Positions 1 through 8,240 of a stretch of 64,000 nucleotides of DNA are shown here, in pieces (within the stretch, counting starts at the first letter, position 1; every line of letters begins with the position of its first letter). The stretch covers positions 5,889 to 69,888 of the forward strand of contig JAGWBR010000004.1 of NCBI GenBank assembly GCA_021295785.1, written 5' to 3'. Below the pieces are notes generated by a model. That model was not told the DNA's origin. It saw only the letters and a program-made list of their open reading frames with translations, and did not search any database. The translations under genes and the position numbers were made by a program. The DNA is from Gemmatimonadota bacterium. GTDB lineage: Bacteria; Gemmatimonadota; Gemmatimonadetes; Palauibacterales; Palauibacteraceae.

Positions 1-1714
1 ACTCGCTGGTCGCGGCGTCCGCGGTCAGAGGCAGGTTGACCGTGTATTCGAACGGTTCGTTCGCGGCCAGATCCTCCAGCGACAAGAACCGGTAGGCCCC
101 GAGCGAACCCGGCAGGTACTGGCGGCGGATGCCGAAACGGTCGAACTGCGCACCCACCGTTGTCTTGAACGACCCGGACGTGTGGCTGAGAGCCTCGGAA
201 ACCTGGAAGATGTTCTGGTCCAGCTCGCTGTCGTGCGAGAAGAAATCGGCCCCGAGCCTGAGGTCGCGCCTGAACCCCTGTTCTCCGTCCCTCCCCTGCA
301 ACGTGACTTCGACGCGGGGGAACATGGACAGGGGATCCTCCCAGTTCCGCAGGCCGGTGAAGCTGATCAGGAATTCGCTGGAAAGGGTTGGCGACAGCGT
401 CGAGAGCAACCGTGCAGCCACCGAACGGTTGCGGCTCTCGATCCGCGACCCGCTGGAAGAGAGCTCGTAAGCGTCGCCCGCCAGTCGGTTGGTTGCCGCG
501 TCGTCGCCCGCCGAGGCCAGATTGAGGCGCAGCGTGGCCGCGTGCCGGGGGTTGAGTTGATAGTCGAATCTGGCGAAGAGGTTGATGAGCGCGTTGTCGA
601 GGTCGTACAGCCCGGCCTGGCCGGCGTCGACCCCGAACCCCGCGATCACATCCTGGACGCGGCCCACAGTGTCGGGCGAGAGCCGGGTCAGGATCGGGTC
701 GTCCACTCCAACATGGAATCCGTCCGGGGGCTGGCGACGAGTCTCAAATTCGCCGGCAACGAAAAAATGGGCTCGGTCCTTCAGAATCGGCCCGCCCGCG
801 TCAAACCCGGCGTGGAAGTTGAGGAGATTGCCCGGCGAGCGCGGCTTGTCCGAGATCACGGCATCGCCGACCAGCGTGTCATCGCGGTAATTGGCGAATG
901 CAGACCCGGTGAAGGTGTTGGTGCCGGACCGGGTGACCGCATTCAGCACTCCTCCGGTGAACCCCGACTGCCGCACGTCGTAGGGGGCCACGAGCACCTG
1001 AAGTTGCTCTACCGCCGCCATCGGGATCACGCGCCCGCGGGCCTGTCCCCCCGCCACCCCGCTCGGCGAGAGCCCGAACACATCCTGGCTCAGCAGACCG
1101 TCAACCTGGATGTTGTTGAACCGGGAGTTGGCACCGGCCACCGAAGCGCCGTTCTCGTCCATTTTGACCAGGGGCGAGAGCTGTGCGAATTCGGTGAAGT
1201 CGCGGGTGATGGTGGGGAGGTTTTCCAGGGTTTCGCGCCGCACGACGGACGCAGCGCCGATGCGCGAGGGGTCGCCCAGCAGATCGCCCTCCACGCGCAC
1301 GGTCAGTTCGGGCAGGGCAATGGCCTCGGTTGCGGTAACGATTTCCAGCGTCAGTCTCTGGCCGATTTCCAGCGTCAGGCCGCTCCGGGACACGGTCTCG
1401 TACCCAATGCGCGACACCGAAATCGTGTAGGGCCCGCCAGGGCGCAGGTTTTCAATCCGGAACCTGCCATCGGCACCGGTCACGGCCGTCGAGAAAGTGC
1501 CGGTCTCGTCGCGCTCCAAGCGCACGCTTGCCCCGGGAACAGGCTGTCCGGCATCATCAACCACCCTGCCCGCGGCCGCCGCGGTCGTGACCTGGGCCGC
1601 GGCGGCCGCAACCGACCCCGCCGCCGGCAGGCCAGATGCCACGGCAACCAGCGCCCCCGCCAGGAGCAACCGCCGAAGTTGCGACTGCGTGGTTCCGACC
1701 ACAGAGTTAACCAT
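1..1714 (-). CDS. TonB-dependent outer-membrane receptor, N-terminal ~570 aa (C-terminus lies beyond window start)
   Basis: Not in the ORF track because it has no in-window stop. My reverse-complement translation from ATG 1714 gives MVNSVVGTTQSQLRRLLLAGALVAVASGLPAAG (signal peptide). It continues GRVVDDAGQPVPGASVRLERDETG..GADGRFRIENLRPGGPYTISVSRIGYE (carboxypeptidase-regulatory-like fold), then NSRFNNIQVDGL..VAPYDVRQSGFTGGVLNAVTRSGTN (plug-type motifs). The frame stays open to base 1. The + strand ORF 182..1717 is its R/G/P-rich shadow. Confidence 0.8.
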   Translation of the reverse strand, partial: MVNSVVGTTQSQLRRLLLAGALVAVASGLPAAGSVAAAAAQVTTAAAAGRVVDDAGQPVPGASVRLERDETGTFSTAVTGADGRFRIENLRPGGPYTISVSRIGYETVSRSGLTLEIGQRLTLEIVTATEAIALPELTVRVEGDLLGDPSRIGAASVVRRETLENLPTITRDFTEFAQLSPLVKMDENGASVAGANSRFNNIQVDGLLSQDVFGLSPSGVAGGQARGRVIPMAAVEQLQVLVAPYDVRQSGFTGGVLNAVTRSGTNTFTGSAFANYRDDTLVGDAVISDKPRSPGNLLNFHAGFDAGGPILKDRAHFFVAGEFETRRQPPDGFHVGVDDPILTRLSPDTVGRVQDVIAGFGVDAGQAGLYDLDNALINLFARFDYQLNPRHAATLRLNLASAGDDAATNRLAGDAYELSSSGSRIESRNRSVAARLLSTLSPTLSSEFLISFTGLRNWEDPLSMFPRVEVTLQGRDGEQGFRRDLRLGADFFSHDSELDQNIFQVSEALSHTSGSFKTTVGAQFDRFGIRRQYLPGSLGAYRFLSLEDLAANEPFEYTVNLPLTADAATSE

Positions 1715-1736
1715 TGATCCAGACCTGATACGAAGA

Positions 1737-3185
1737 ATGTTCATGCACGGAATAGAACCCAAATCTGGCTTGCAGGCCAGCGCACCAACCCGTTCGCTGT
1801 CGTTCCGGGCGGCGCTGCTTCCGTCCGGGCTGGCCCGGGAGGTCGCCATCGCGTTCGGGCCCGGCGGGGTGATTGAATCGGTGAAACCGGGCGCCCCGCC
1901 GTGGGACGGGTTCCTGGCGGTGCCGGCCATGATCAACGCCCACAGCCACGTGTTCCAGCGGGCGTTGGCCGGACACGGCGAGGCCCGGGGCACCGGAGTT
2001 GACTCGTTTTGGACCTGGCGCGAAGTGATGTACCGGCTGGCCGATCGCATCACTCCCTCTCAGATGTATGCCGTGGCCCGCCGCGGATTTTCCGAAATGC
2101 TGGTGGCGGGGTTCACCGAGGTGCTGGAGTTCCATTACGTGCATCATCCGCCCGGGGCCCGCCGGGGTCGGGGTGTCGAGATGGCAGGCGCGGTGAGCCA
2201 GGCTGCCCGGGACGCCGGCATCCGGCTGGGCTTGCTGCCTGCGTACTACAAGTGCGGCGGATTCGGCGGGCTCCCGCCGTCGCCCGGCCAGGCGCGATTT
2301 CTGCACACCGACCTCGACGATTTCTTCGCGACGGTGAGCGCGCTGTTGGAAAACGGGGTGCCGGTCGCGGGGGTGGCGGCCCACTCCCTGCGAGCGGTGC
2401 CGGCGGAAGAATTGCCGGGGTTGGTCGAGCGGGCGGATCAAGCGATTGGCGAGTGCCCGGTGCACATTCACATCAGCGAACAAGCGCGCGAGCAGGAGGA
2501 ATGCGTGGTGGCCCACGGGTGCACCCCCGTTACGCTGTTGGCGGACTCGGTGGCGCTCGGCCCCCGTTGGCAGCTGGTTCACGCCACGCACGCAACCGGA
2601 TCGCAGCGTAGCATGATCCGGCGGTTGGGTGCGGGCGTTGTGCTCTGCCCGCTGACCGAAGCCCATCTGGGCGATGGCATTTTCCCTGCGGTCGAGCATT
2701 TTGAGGAAGGGGGGAGCGCGGCGATCGGCACCGATGCCAACACCCGCGTATCGGTCATCGGCGAACTGAGGGTGCTCGAGTACGGCCAGCGTCTGCGCGA
2801 CCGTCGCCGCGCTCGCATCGCGACCGAGGGCGGGGCGGGCGGCCCGGCGTGGGCGTGGGCCGCTGCCTCCGGCGAAGCCGCCGCCCGCCCCGCCCGAGGG
2901 GGTCGGTTGCGGGGAGGGGCGATAGAGCCCGGTCGCAGGGCCGATCTGGTGGTGCTGGACGAGGCGGGACCCGCCATCGCCGGGCACGGCACCCGGACCG
3001 CCCTGGATGCCTGGCTGGTGGGCGGAGACAACAGAGACATCTCCGCGGTTTATCTGGGCGGCCGGCGCGTGGTGGACGGGGGAAGCCTGGAGACCGGGGC
3101 GGAGGAATCCGAGACGACGGACAAGTTCCGGCAGGCCATGGCCGCGCTCGACCTGCAAGACAAGCCGCCGGGCGCCGGTGGTTAG
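1737..3185 (+). CDS. hutF: formimidoylglutamate deiminase-like amidohydrolase
   Basis: ORF 1497..3185; the first ATG with a sensible N-terminus is 1737 (MFMHG..). Motifs AALLPSG, PAMINAHSHVFQRALAG (HxH metal site), FWTWREVMY, EFHYVHH, HIHISEQ and GTDAN match my memory of HutF-type amidohydrolases. Start is uncertain. No other hut genes are nearby. Confidence 0.7.
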   Translation: MFMHGIEPKSGLQASAPTRSLSFRAALLPSGLAREVAIAFGPGGVIESVKPGAPPWDGFLAVPAMINAHSHVFQRALAGHGEARGTGVDSFWTWREVMYRLADRITPSQMYAVARRGFSEMLVAGFTEVLEFHYVHHPPGARRGRGVEMAGAVSQAARDAGIRLGLLPAYYKCGGFGGLPPSPGQARFLHTDLDDFFATVSALLENGVPVAGVAAHSLRAVPAEELPGLVERADQAIGECPVHIHISEQAREQEECVVAHGCTPVTLLADSVALGPRWQLVHATHATGSQRSMIRRLGAGVVLCPLTEAHLGDGIFPAVEHFEEGGSAAIGTDANTRVSVIGELRVLEYGQRLRDRRRARIATEGGAGGPAWAWAAASGEAAARPARGGRLRGGAIEPGRRADLVVLDEAGPAIAGHGTRTALDAWLVGGDNRDISAVYLGGRRVVDGGSLETGAEESETTDKFRQAMAALDLQDKPPGAGG

Positions 3186-4219
3186 GCCGCCTGTGCCTCC
3201 AGTTCGCCGGACCACTGCCCCAGAGTCGCCAGCGCATTCATGCGAGCCCGATGGGCGAACGCCGCCCGCACCGCCGGGCCGTTTGCCGGATTCCCGCCCC
3301 AGGCCTTGAGCGGAGCCGCCTGAAGCGCTCTCCCGTACGAGAAAGACAAACGCCACGGCGTGTCGAACGCCGCGTTCATGGCGTTCAGGTTCTCGGTCGC
3401 CTCCAGGTCGGACTGGCCGCCCGACAGGAACACGATGCTGGGAACCGCCGCGGGGACAGAGCGTCGCAGACACGCCACCGTCTTTTCGGCCACTTCTTCC
3501 GCCGGGGCCTGTACCGGACACAGTTTCCCCGAAAGAACCATGTTCGGTTTGAGCACCGAAGCTTCGAGCACCACGCCCTGTTCGCTGAGCGAGGCGTACG
3601 TCTCTCGGAGGGTGAACTCGGTGGCCTCGAAGCAGCGGTCGATGTCGTGATCGCCGTCCATCAACACCTCCGGCTCCACGATCGGTACCAAGTCCTGCTC
3701 CTGACTCAGCGCCGCCATCCGCGCCAGAGCGTGGGCATTGGCGACCGCGCAGGCCCGGCTCGGGACGGACCGGTCGCCCCCGCGCCCGATGTCCATGACG
3801 GCCCGCCACTTGGTGAACCGGGCACCCAGCTGCCTGTATTCGGACAGCCGGTCACGCAGCCCGTCAAGCCCCTCGGTCACCTTTTCGCTGGGTGAGCCGG
3901 CCAGAGGATGGGCCCCCTTGTCAATCTTGATTCCCGGAATCGCGCCGGAGCCGGCGATCAGATCCACCAGCGCGGTCCCGTCGGCGGCGCGCTGGCGCAG
4001 GGTTTCGTCGAACAGTATTACCCCGGAGATGTGATTGTTCAGTGCCTCGGTGGTGCGAAACAGAAGCTCGCGATAGTCCCGCCGGTTTGTCTCGGACGAC
4101 TCGACATTGATTGTGTCGAACCGTTTCCTGATCGTCCCGGAGCTCTCGTCGGCGGCCAGAATCCCCTTGCCCGGCCCTCCCATCGCCTCCGCGACGCCGT
4201 CAAGGGAGTTGGGAATCAA
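3182..4219 (-). CDS. fba: fructose-bisphosphate aldolase, class I
   Basis: 345 aa with GKGILAADESSGTIRKRF, ISGVILFDETL, IPGIKIDKG and VLKPNMV (Schiff-base lysine region), the typical glycolytic class I FBA family pattern. Its stop overlaps the hutF stop convergently (TTAG at 3182-3185). Confidence 0.9.
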   Translation of the reverse strand: MIPNSLDGVAEAMGGPGKGILAADESSGTIRKRFDTINVESSETNRRDYRELLFRTTEALNNHISGVILFDETLRQRAADGTALVDLIAGSGAIPGIKIDKGAHPLAGSPSEKVTEGLDGLRDRLSEYRQLGARFTKWRAVMDIGRGGDRSVPSRACAVANAHALARMAALSQEQDLVPIVEPEVLMDGDHDIDRCFEATEFTLRETYASLSEQGVVLEASVLKPNMVLSGKLCPVQAPAEEVAEKTVACLRRSVPAAVPSIVFLSGGQSDLEATENLNAMNAAFDTPWRLSFSYGRALQAAPLKAWGGNPANGPAVRAAFAHRARMNALATLGQWSGELEAQAA

Positions 4220-4650
4220 CTGGGTTCGTCAGGGTCTGTACCGTGAGTCACCCTCCACTCAACAGGGCTGTCCGTGGACAGTGTCTGGTTGTTGAGGAAT
4301 TTGTCGATCAGCGGACCAGGAATAGACGATTCCAGATGCTGGGCCCTGATGTCGTAGCAGCCGGCTTCAAGTATGAAGGTCCGTGTGGCGTCGGGGGCTA
4401 TGGTACCATCCACGGGATGATCCGACATGAACAGGTCGTCGCCCCAGTCGGTCGTGCCGCAGGCCCGGGCGTGGACGTAGATGATGCTGCCCCGCGTGCC
4501 GTTCTCAATTCGCAACTCTGAAGGGTTATCGTAGGTGGGGTTGGCGGGCCCACCTCCGCATGCCGCTGCCCCAACGGCCACCAGGGCGCACGCCAGAACG
4601 GACCAGACAAATTTCGTTTCCAACCTGGAGCTTGGTTCGCATCCAGCCAT
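4216..4650 (-). CDS. hypothetical lipoprotein (144 aa)
   Basis: N-terminal hydrophobic segment ending in a lipobox-like AAAC|GGG. A strong AAGGAGG sits at 4659-4665, 8 nt upstream of ATG 4650. There is a 4-nt stop/start overlap with fba (4216-4219). I recognise no family. Confidence 0.7.
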   Translation of the reverse strand: MAGCEPSSRLETKFVWSVLACALVAVGAAACGGGPANPTYDNPSELRIENGTRGSIIYVHARACGTTDWGDDLFMSDHPVDGTIAPDATRTFILEAGCYDIRAQHLESSIPGPLIDKFLNNQTLSTDSPVEWRVTHGTDPDEPS

Positions 4651-4806
4651 GACAAGTGCCTCCTTAAATACCGCGGGGCCGCATTTCGGGGCCCCTGAAA
4701 ACGCTAACCGCCGCGCAATAATCCACTGATCCCGGGAGTCTGGGAGAGGATCTTGACGGACCCTCTAAACTACGTACAAGTACCCGAAAATATGACACCC
4801 TGCGCC

Positions 4807-4825
4807 CCCCGGCAGTTTACCGGGG
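4807..4825 (-). terminator. stem-loop CCCCGG-N7-CCGGGG about 20 nt downstream of the proline dehydrogenase stop
   Basis: A perfect 6-bp GC stem read directly from the sequence, with no clean U-tract. A second GGGGCC-N9-GGCCCC hairpin lies at 4675-4695, just upstream of the lipoprotein RBS. Confidence 0.3.
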
Positions 4826-4844
4826 CAGAGTGTGGCCGATCAGT

Positions 4845-5849
4845 TCACTGGAACATGCTGCGGACCACGAACAACATGTTGGCGGGCCGCTCGGCCAAGC
4901 GCCGCATGTACCACGGGAACCATGCCTCGCCGTAACTGATCAGTACCCTCAAGGGGGCATCGCGTAAGATCAGCCGTCGTTGTTCGCGCAAGCTGATCCC
5001 GTAGAGCATCTCGATCTCAAAACGGTCGGGCCCGATCCCAAGAGCCTCCGCCCGTTCAAGTGGGGTCATCATGGCGGGGTCATGCGTGCCCAGGGCGAGA
5101 AACGCCCCGCCCCCCCCTTCAAGATGATCCAGCAGAATATGCGCCATCTCCAGATACTGCCGGTCCACGTCCGCCTTCTTTGGCAAGGCGACTGAGGGTG
5201 GCTCCGAATAGGCCCCCTTCACCAACCTGACGCGGGGCTCGAGGTCCAGCATCCCCCTGAGATCGTCGGGTGAACGGTGCAGGTAGGACTGCATCGCCAC
5301 GCCCGCCAGAATGCCGTCTTCCCGCAGCCGGCGGTAGATCCGCAGTGTGGGTTCCAGATACCCGGATCCTTCCATGTCCAACCAGAGGGTCCTGAGGTGG
5401 GTCGCGCCGCCCCGGTCAACGGCGGCGCCACCGCAACTGGCGGCAAGGGCCGCGCACGACTCCACCACCAGGTCCTCGCTCAGGTCGAGACCCAGATGGG
5501 TGGGTTTGATAGATGCCTCCAGGTCGAGGCCCAGTTCGCGAGATTCGTCCAGCAGGAGACCGTACTCGGTTACGACTGCCTCGACTTCGGCCTCTGTCTT
5601 GACGTTCTCGCCGAACAGGGTGAAGAGGGTGCCGACGCCCTTTTCGCTGAGACGGGCCGCCGCCGCGAAGGCTTCCGAGCGGGTCACGCCCGGTACGTAT
5701 TTGCGGACGGCCCGCCTCATGAACTTCTGACGCGGCAAGACTTCGGAGAGCATCGGGTTTGTCGATGCCCAGAGAAGGGCCCGACTGGCCGCTTCGCCGG
5801 GTCCCCGGATCAAGAATCGCTCCCCTTCACTCAGTCGGCGGTCCGGCAC
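4845..5849 (-). CDS. proline dehydrogenase (monofunctional PRODH type)
   Basis: 334 aa with IKPTHLG, LWLDMEGS, VAMQSYL, VRLVKGAY, LGTHD and EIEMLYGI motifs, ending in ISYGEAWFPWYMRRLAERPAN, characteristic of the bacterial Pro_dh family. Confidence 0.85.
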   Translation of the reverse strand: MPDRRLSEGERFLIRGPGEAASRALLWASTNPMLSEVLPRQKFMRRAVRKYVPGVTRSEAFAAAARLSEKGVGTLFTLFGENVKTEAEVEAVVTEYGLLLDESRELGLDLEASIKPTHLGLDLSEDLVVESCAALAASCGGAAVDRGGATHLRTLWLDMEGSGYLEPTLRIYRRLREDGILAGVAMQSYLHRSPDDLRGMLDLEPRVRLVKGAYSEPPSVALPKKADVDRQYLEMAHILLDHLEGGGGAFLALGTHDPAMMTPLERAEALGIGPDRFEIEMLYGISLREQRRLILRDAPLRVLISYGEAWFPWYMRRLAERPANMLFVVRSMFQ

Positions 5850-5879
5850 CGCCCGCTCTGAATGCGTACGAACCGAGAA

Positions 5880-6500
5880 TCAACGCAGGCCGGCTTCGCC
5901 GTCGGCGGATACCTCAAAATCGAGCCACATGCCCTGCATCGCGTGGGCGGGCACCACACACACCAGCGCGTAGGCACCGGCACTGGAAGCCGTAAACGTC
6001 ACCGCTTCGGAACCGCCCCCCGGAGGAGTCGACTCGTTGGCAGAACCGGCGTTGCTGGTGATGGCACCGTCAAACACGGGAACCATCTCGTTGAACATGG
6101 GTGGCCACGTGGCCTGAGTGTCCAGAACCGCGACGCTGTGGTAGTTGACCGGATCGTCGTTGCGGAAGTTGATGGTGATCTCGTACCCCTCGGGCACCAC
6201 GACCGTGGTCTCGCCGCCCAGATAACCGTTGAAATTCCAGCCCGAGTTGGTGGCGGTCTCGCCGGCGATCAGCTCAATGGTGACCGTACCGCCGTCGTGG
6301 TCAACCGCAATCCAGTCGGCTTCCATCACGCCGCCGGCCATGTCGCCCGGCGCGTCACCGCCCGCGTCCGCCCGGGCAGCCTCCATTTCGGCGGCCTCGG
6401 CCGCGCCGGCATCGCCGGCGTCGTCGCCCGATTCACCGCCGCAAGCCGCACCCAGCGCCGCCACGGAAAAAATCAACAGCCCCTTCCAGATCTTCTTCAT
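5880..6500 (-). CDS. type-1 (blue) copper lipoprotein, sulfocyanin-like cupredoxin
   Basis: Signal peptide plus lipobox (LGAAC|GG), an acidic/Ala-rich linker, then a cupredoxin domain. Candidate Cu ligands are H in NYHSV and C-x4-H-x4-M in LVCVVPAHAMQGM. Lies 31 nt upstream of the PRODH gene on the same strand. Confidence 0.75.
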   Translation of the reverse strand: MKKIWKGLLIFSVAALGAACGGESGDDAGDAGAAEAAEMEAARADAGGDAPGDMAGGVMEADWIAVDHDGGTVTIELIAGETATNSGWNFNGYLGGETTVVVPEGYEITINFRNDDPVNYHSVAVLDTQATWPPMFNEMVPVFDGAITSNAGSANESTPPGGGSEAVTFTASSAGAYALVCVVPAHAMQGMWLDFEVSADGEAGLR

Positions 6501-6865
6501 TCGTCCGCCTTAGTCAGTTCATGTTTGTTCTTGGTTACCGAGTCCTCAACAGGTCGCCCGACCAGCTCTGCACGGTTCGGACTGAACTGCCGAAAAATAA
6601 CGCCAGCCTGCGCTGACCGCCCCGCAAGCGCCCCAATGGCCGGTGCCCGGAATCGGGCCGGGAGTGGTTCTGTAACGAAGGGACTGGCGCAAATCATACC
6701 CCAGGGCCAATATTAGGGACCAGCCAGCAGCTGCTGTGCGCCCGACGGTCACTTTGCGGGCGCGATCTTTCAACGGCGCTTTGCGTAGCGCCTCGGCGCT
6801 GCCCGGACCAGTCCCGGCATCCGCGCCACCTGTCATGGCCCCCGGTTCGAGAAGGCCCTTGGGTC

Positions 6866-6881
6866 GCCCGGCCGGGCTTTT
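6866..6881 (+). promoter_or_regulatory. 12-bp GC palindrome (GCCCGGCCGGGC) followed by TTTT in the rho 5' leader
   Basis: Read directly from the sequence, 16 nt upstream of the TTG start at 6897. Could be a small attenuator hairpin or an operator. The stem is short, so the call is weak. Confidence 0.2.
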
Positions 6882-6896
6882 CCAGAACAGAGAATC

Positions 6897-8240
6897 TTGC
6901 ACAGCGAACAAACAGACTCAGCAGGCCGCGACGGCCAGCGTCGCCACCGAAGCCGCCAACCGCGCGGTAAGGGCTCATCGCCCCCTCGCAACTCCGGGGG
7001 CCGGGGTCGGCACCAGCACCAGCAGCGCCGCGCCCGCCCTCCCAACAGGCGACGGTCGGATCAGCCGGTCAAACCACTGGCGAACGAACCCCAGCCAGAC
7101 GTTCCGCTCGACGAGTACCTGGGCCTGTTGGAATGCGTGGCCAACAGGGCGGGGTTTATCAGGCGGCCCAACGCCAGCTATGCGCCCGGGAGCGGAGACA
7201 TCTACGTGAGTCCGCGTATCATCGCCCCCCACAACCTTCGCACGGGCGACGAGGTTTGCGGTCAGATCGGCCAGCAGAACCACCGCGGCAAGAGCCCCCC
7301 GCTCCGTTACGTCCACACCGTGAACGGCCACTCGCTGGAGGAACTGAACCCCCGCCGCGAGTTCGACAAGCTCAGCGCCCGCCATCCGGACCGTCCCCTC
7401 AAACTTGAGTGCGAGCTGGAACGCGGTCCCCACGACTACACCAACCGGATCATCGACATCTTCTGCCCGCTGGGTCTCGGTCAGCGGGCGTTGATCGTTG
7501 CGCCGGCCAAGGCGGGCAAGACCATGGTCCTGCAGGCCATCGCCGAGGGGATCGCCAAGAACTACCCCGACTACAAACTGCTCATCCTGTTGGTGGACGA
7601 ACGGCCGGAAGAAGTTACCGAGATGGAGATGACCGGGTTCGGCGAGGTGGCGGCATCGAGTTTCGATTTCCCGGCGGACCGGCATGTCAAGGTGGCTCAG
7701 ATGACTCTGGAACGCGGCCGCCGACTGGCCGAAATGGGCCAGAACGTGGTGGTGATCCTGGACTCGATCACCCGGCTGGCGCGCGCCCACAACACGCTGT
7801 GCGGTGGCAGCGGCAGGACGCTGACTGGTGGTCTGGACTCCGAATCTCTGGAGAAACCCAAGCGGTTTTTCGGCAGCGCCCGGAACATTGCGCCGGACCA
7901 GGGGGGCGGTTCCTTGACCATCATCGCGACGGCCCTCGTAGACACGGGCTCTCGCATGGACCAAGTGATTTTCGAGGAATTCAAGGGCACGGGCAATAGC
8001 GAACTAGTGCTGTCTCGCGAACTGGCCGACCGCCGCATCTACCCGGCCATCGACCTCAACTCCAGCGCGACGCGCAAGGAAGAGCTACTGCTTGACCCGG
8101 ATGCGCTGGCGGTGGCCCGGGCCATGCGCCGGGAACTCAGCAGCTATCCGCCGATGGAAGCCATGGGCGAAGTGCTGGGGTTGATGCGAAAGACCGAATC
8201 CAACGAGGAGATGATCGCGACTCTTCGCCGGAGGGTCTAG
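6897..8240 (+). CDS. rho: transcription termination factor Rho with Arg-rich N-terminal extension
   Basis: 447 aa. OB/RNA-binding part: GFIRRPNASYAPGSGDIYVSPRIIAPHNLRTGDEV. ATPase part: GLGQRALIVAPAKAGKTM (Walker A), LLVDERPEEVTEM, ILDSITRLARAHN, GGSLTIIATALVDTGSRMD, EEFKGTGN. Only a TTG start (6897) is available upstream of the OB fold. Confidence 0.92.
   Translation: MHSEQTDSAGRDGQRRHRSRQPRGKGSSPPRNSGGRGRHQHQQRRARPPNRRRSDQPVKPLANEPQPDVPLDEYLGLLECVANRAGFIRRPNASYAPGSGDIYVSPRIIAPHNLRTGDEVCGQIGQQNHRGKSPPLRYVHTVNGHSLEELNPRREFDKLSARHPDRPLKLECELERGPHDYTNRIIDIFCPLGLGQRALIVAPAKAGKTMVLQAIAEGIAKNYPDYKLLILLVDERPEEVTEMEMTGFGEVAASSFDFPADRHVKVAQMTLERGRRLAEMGQNVVVILDSITRLARAHNTLCGGSGRTLTGGLDSESLEKPKRFFGSARNIAPDQGGGSLTIIATALVDTGSRMDQVIFEEFKGTGNSELVLSRELADRRIYPAIDLNSSATRKEELLLDPDALAVARAMRRELSSYPPMEAMGEVLGLMRKTESNEEMIATLRRRV

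Noticed and set aside
182-3809. Very long alternative-frame ORFs (182..1717 +, 511 aa; 1707..3809 -, 700 aa). Similar ones occur elsewhere: 16940..18271 -, 19922..21091 -, 42785..44515 +, 46043..48511 -, 56177..58216 -.
   Set aside because: Their translations are dominated by Arg/Gly/Pro/Ala, have no recognisable motifs, and lie fully within or span homology-supported genes in another frame. They are typical stop-poor shadow ORFs of a GC-rich genome.
6497-6697. A 66-aa minus-strand ORF whose stop overlaps the cupredoxin start (ATGA), suggesting a coupled leader peptide or small gene.
   Set aside because: It has no hydrophobic or recognisable features. Its third-codon positions look much less GC-biased than in neighbouring genes. 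The overlap probably arises by chance from the RBS/start context. I treat it as 5' UTR.
6500-6897. A 400-nt gene-free region checked for a structured RNA gene (SRP RNA, 6S, riboswitch).
   Set aside because: I could not find any conserved core motif that I know (e.g. the SRP GGAA/AGCA loop context). Only short GC palindromes are present. A covariance-model scan (Rfam/Infernal) would be needed to say more.
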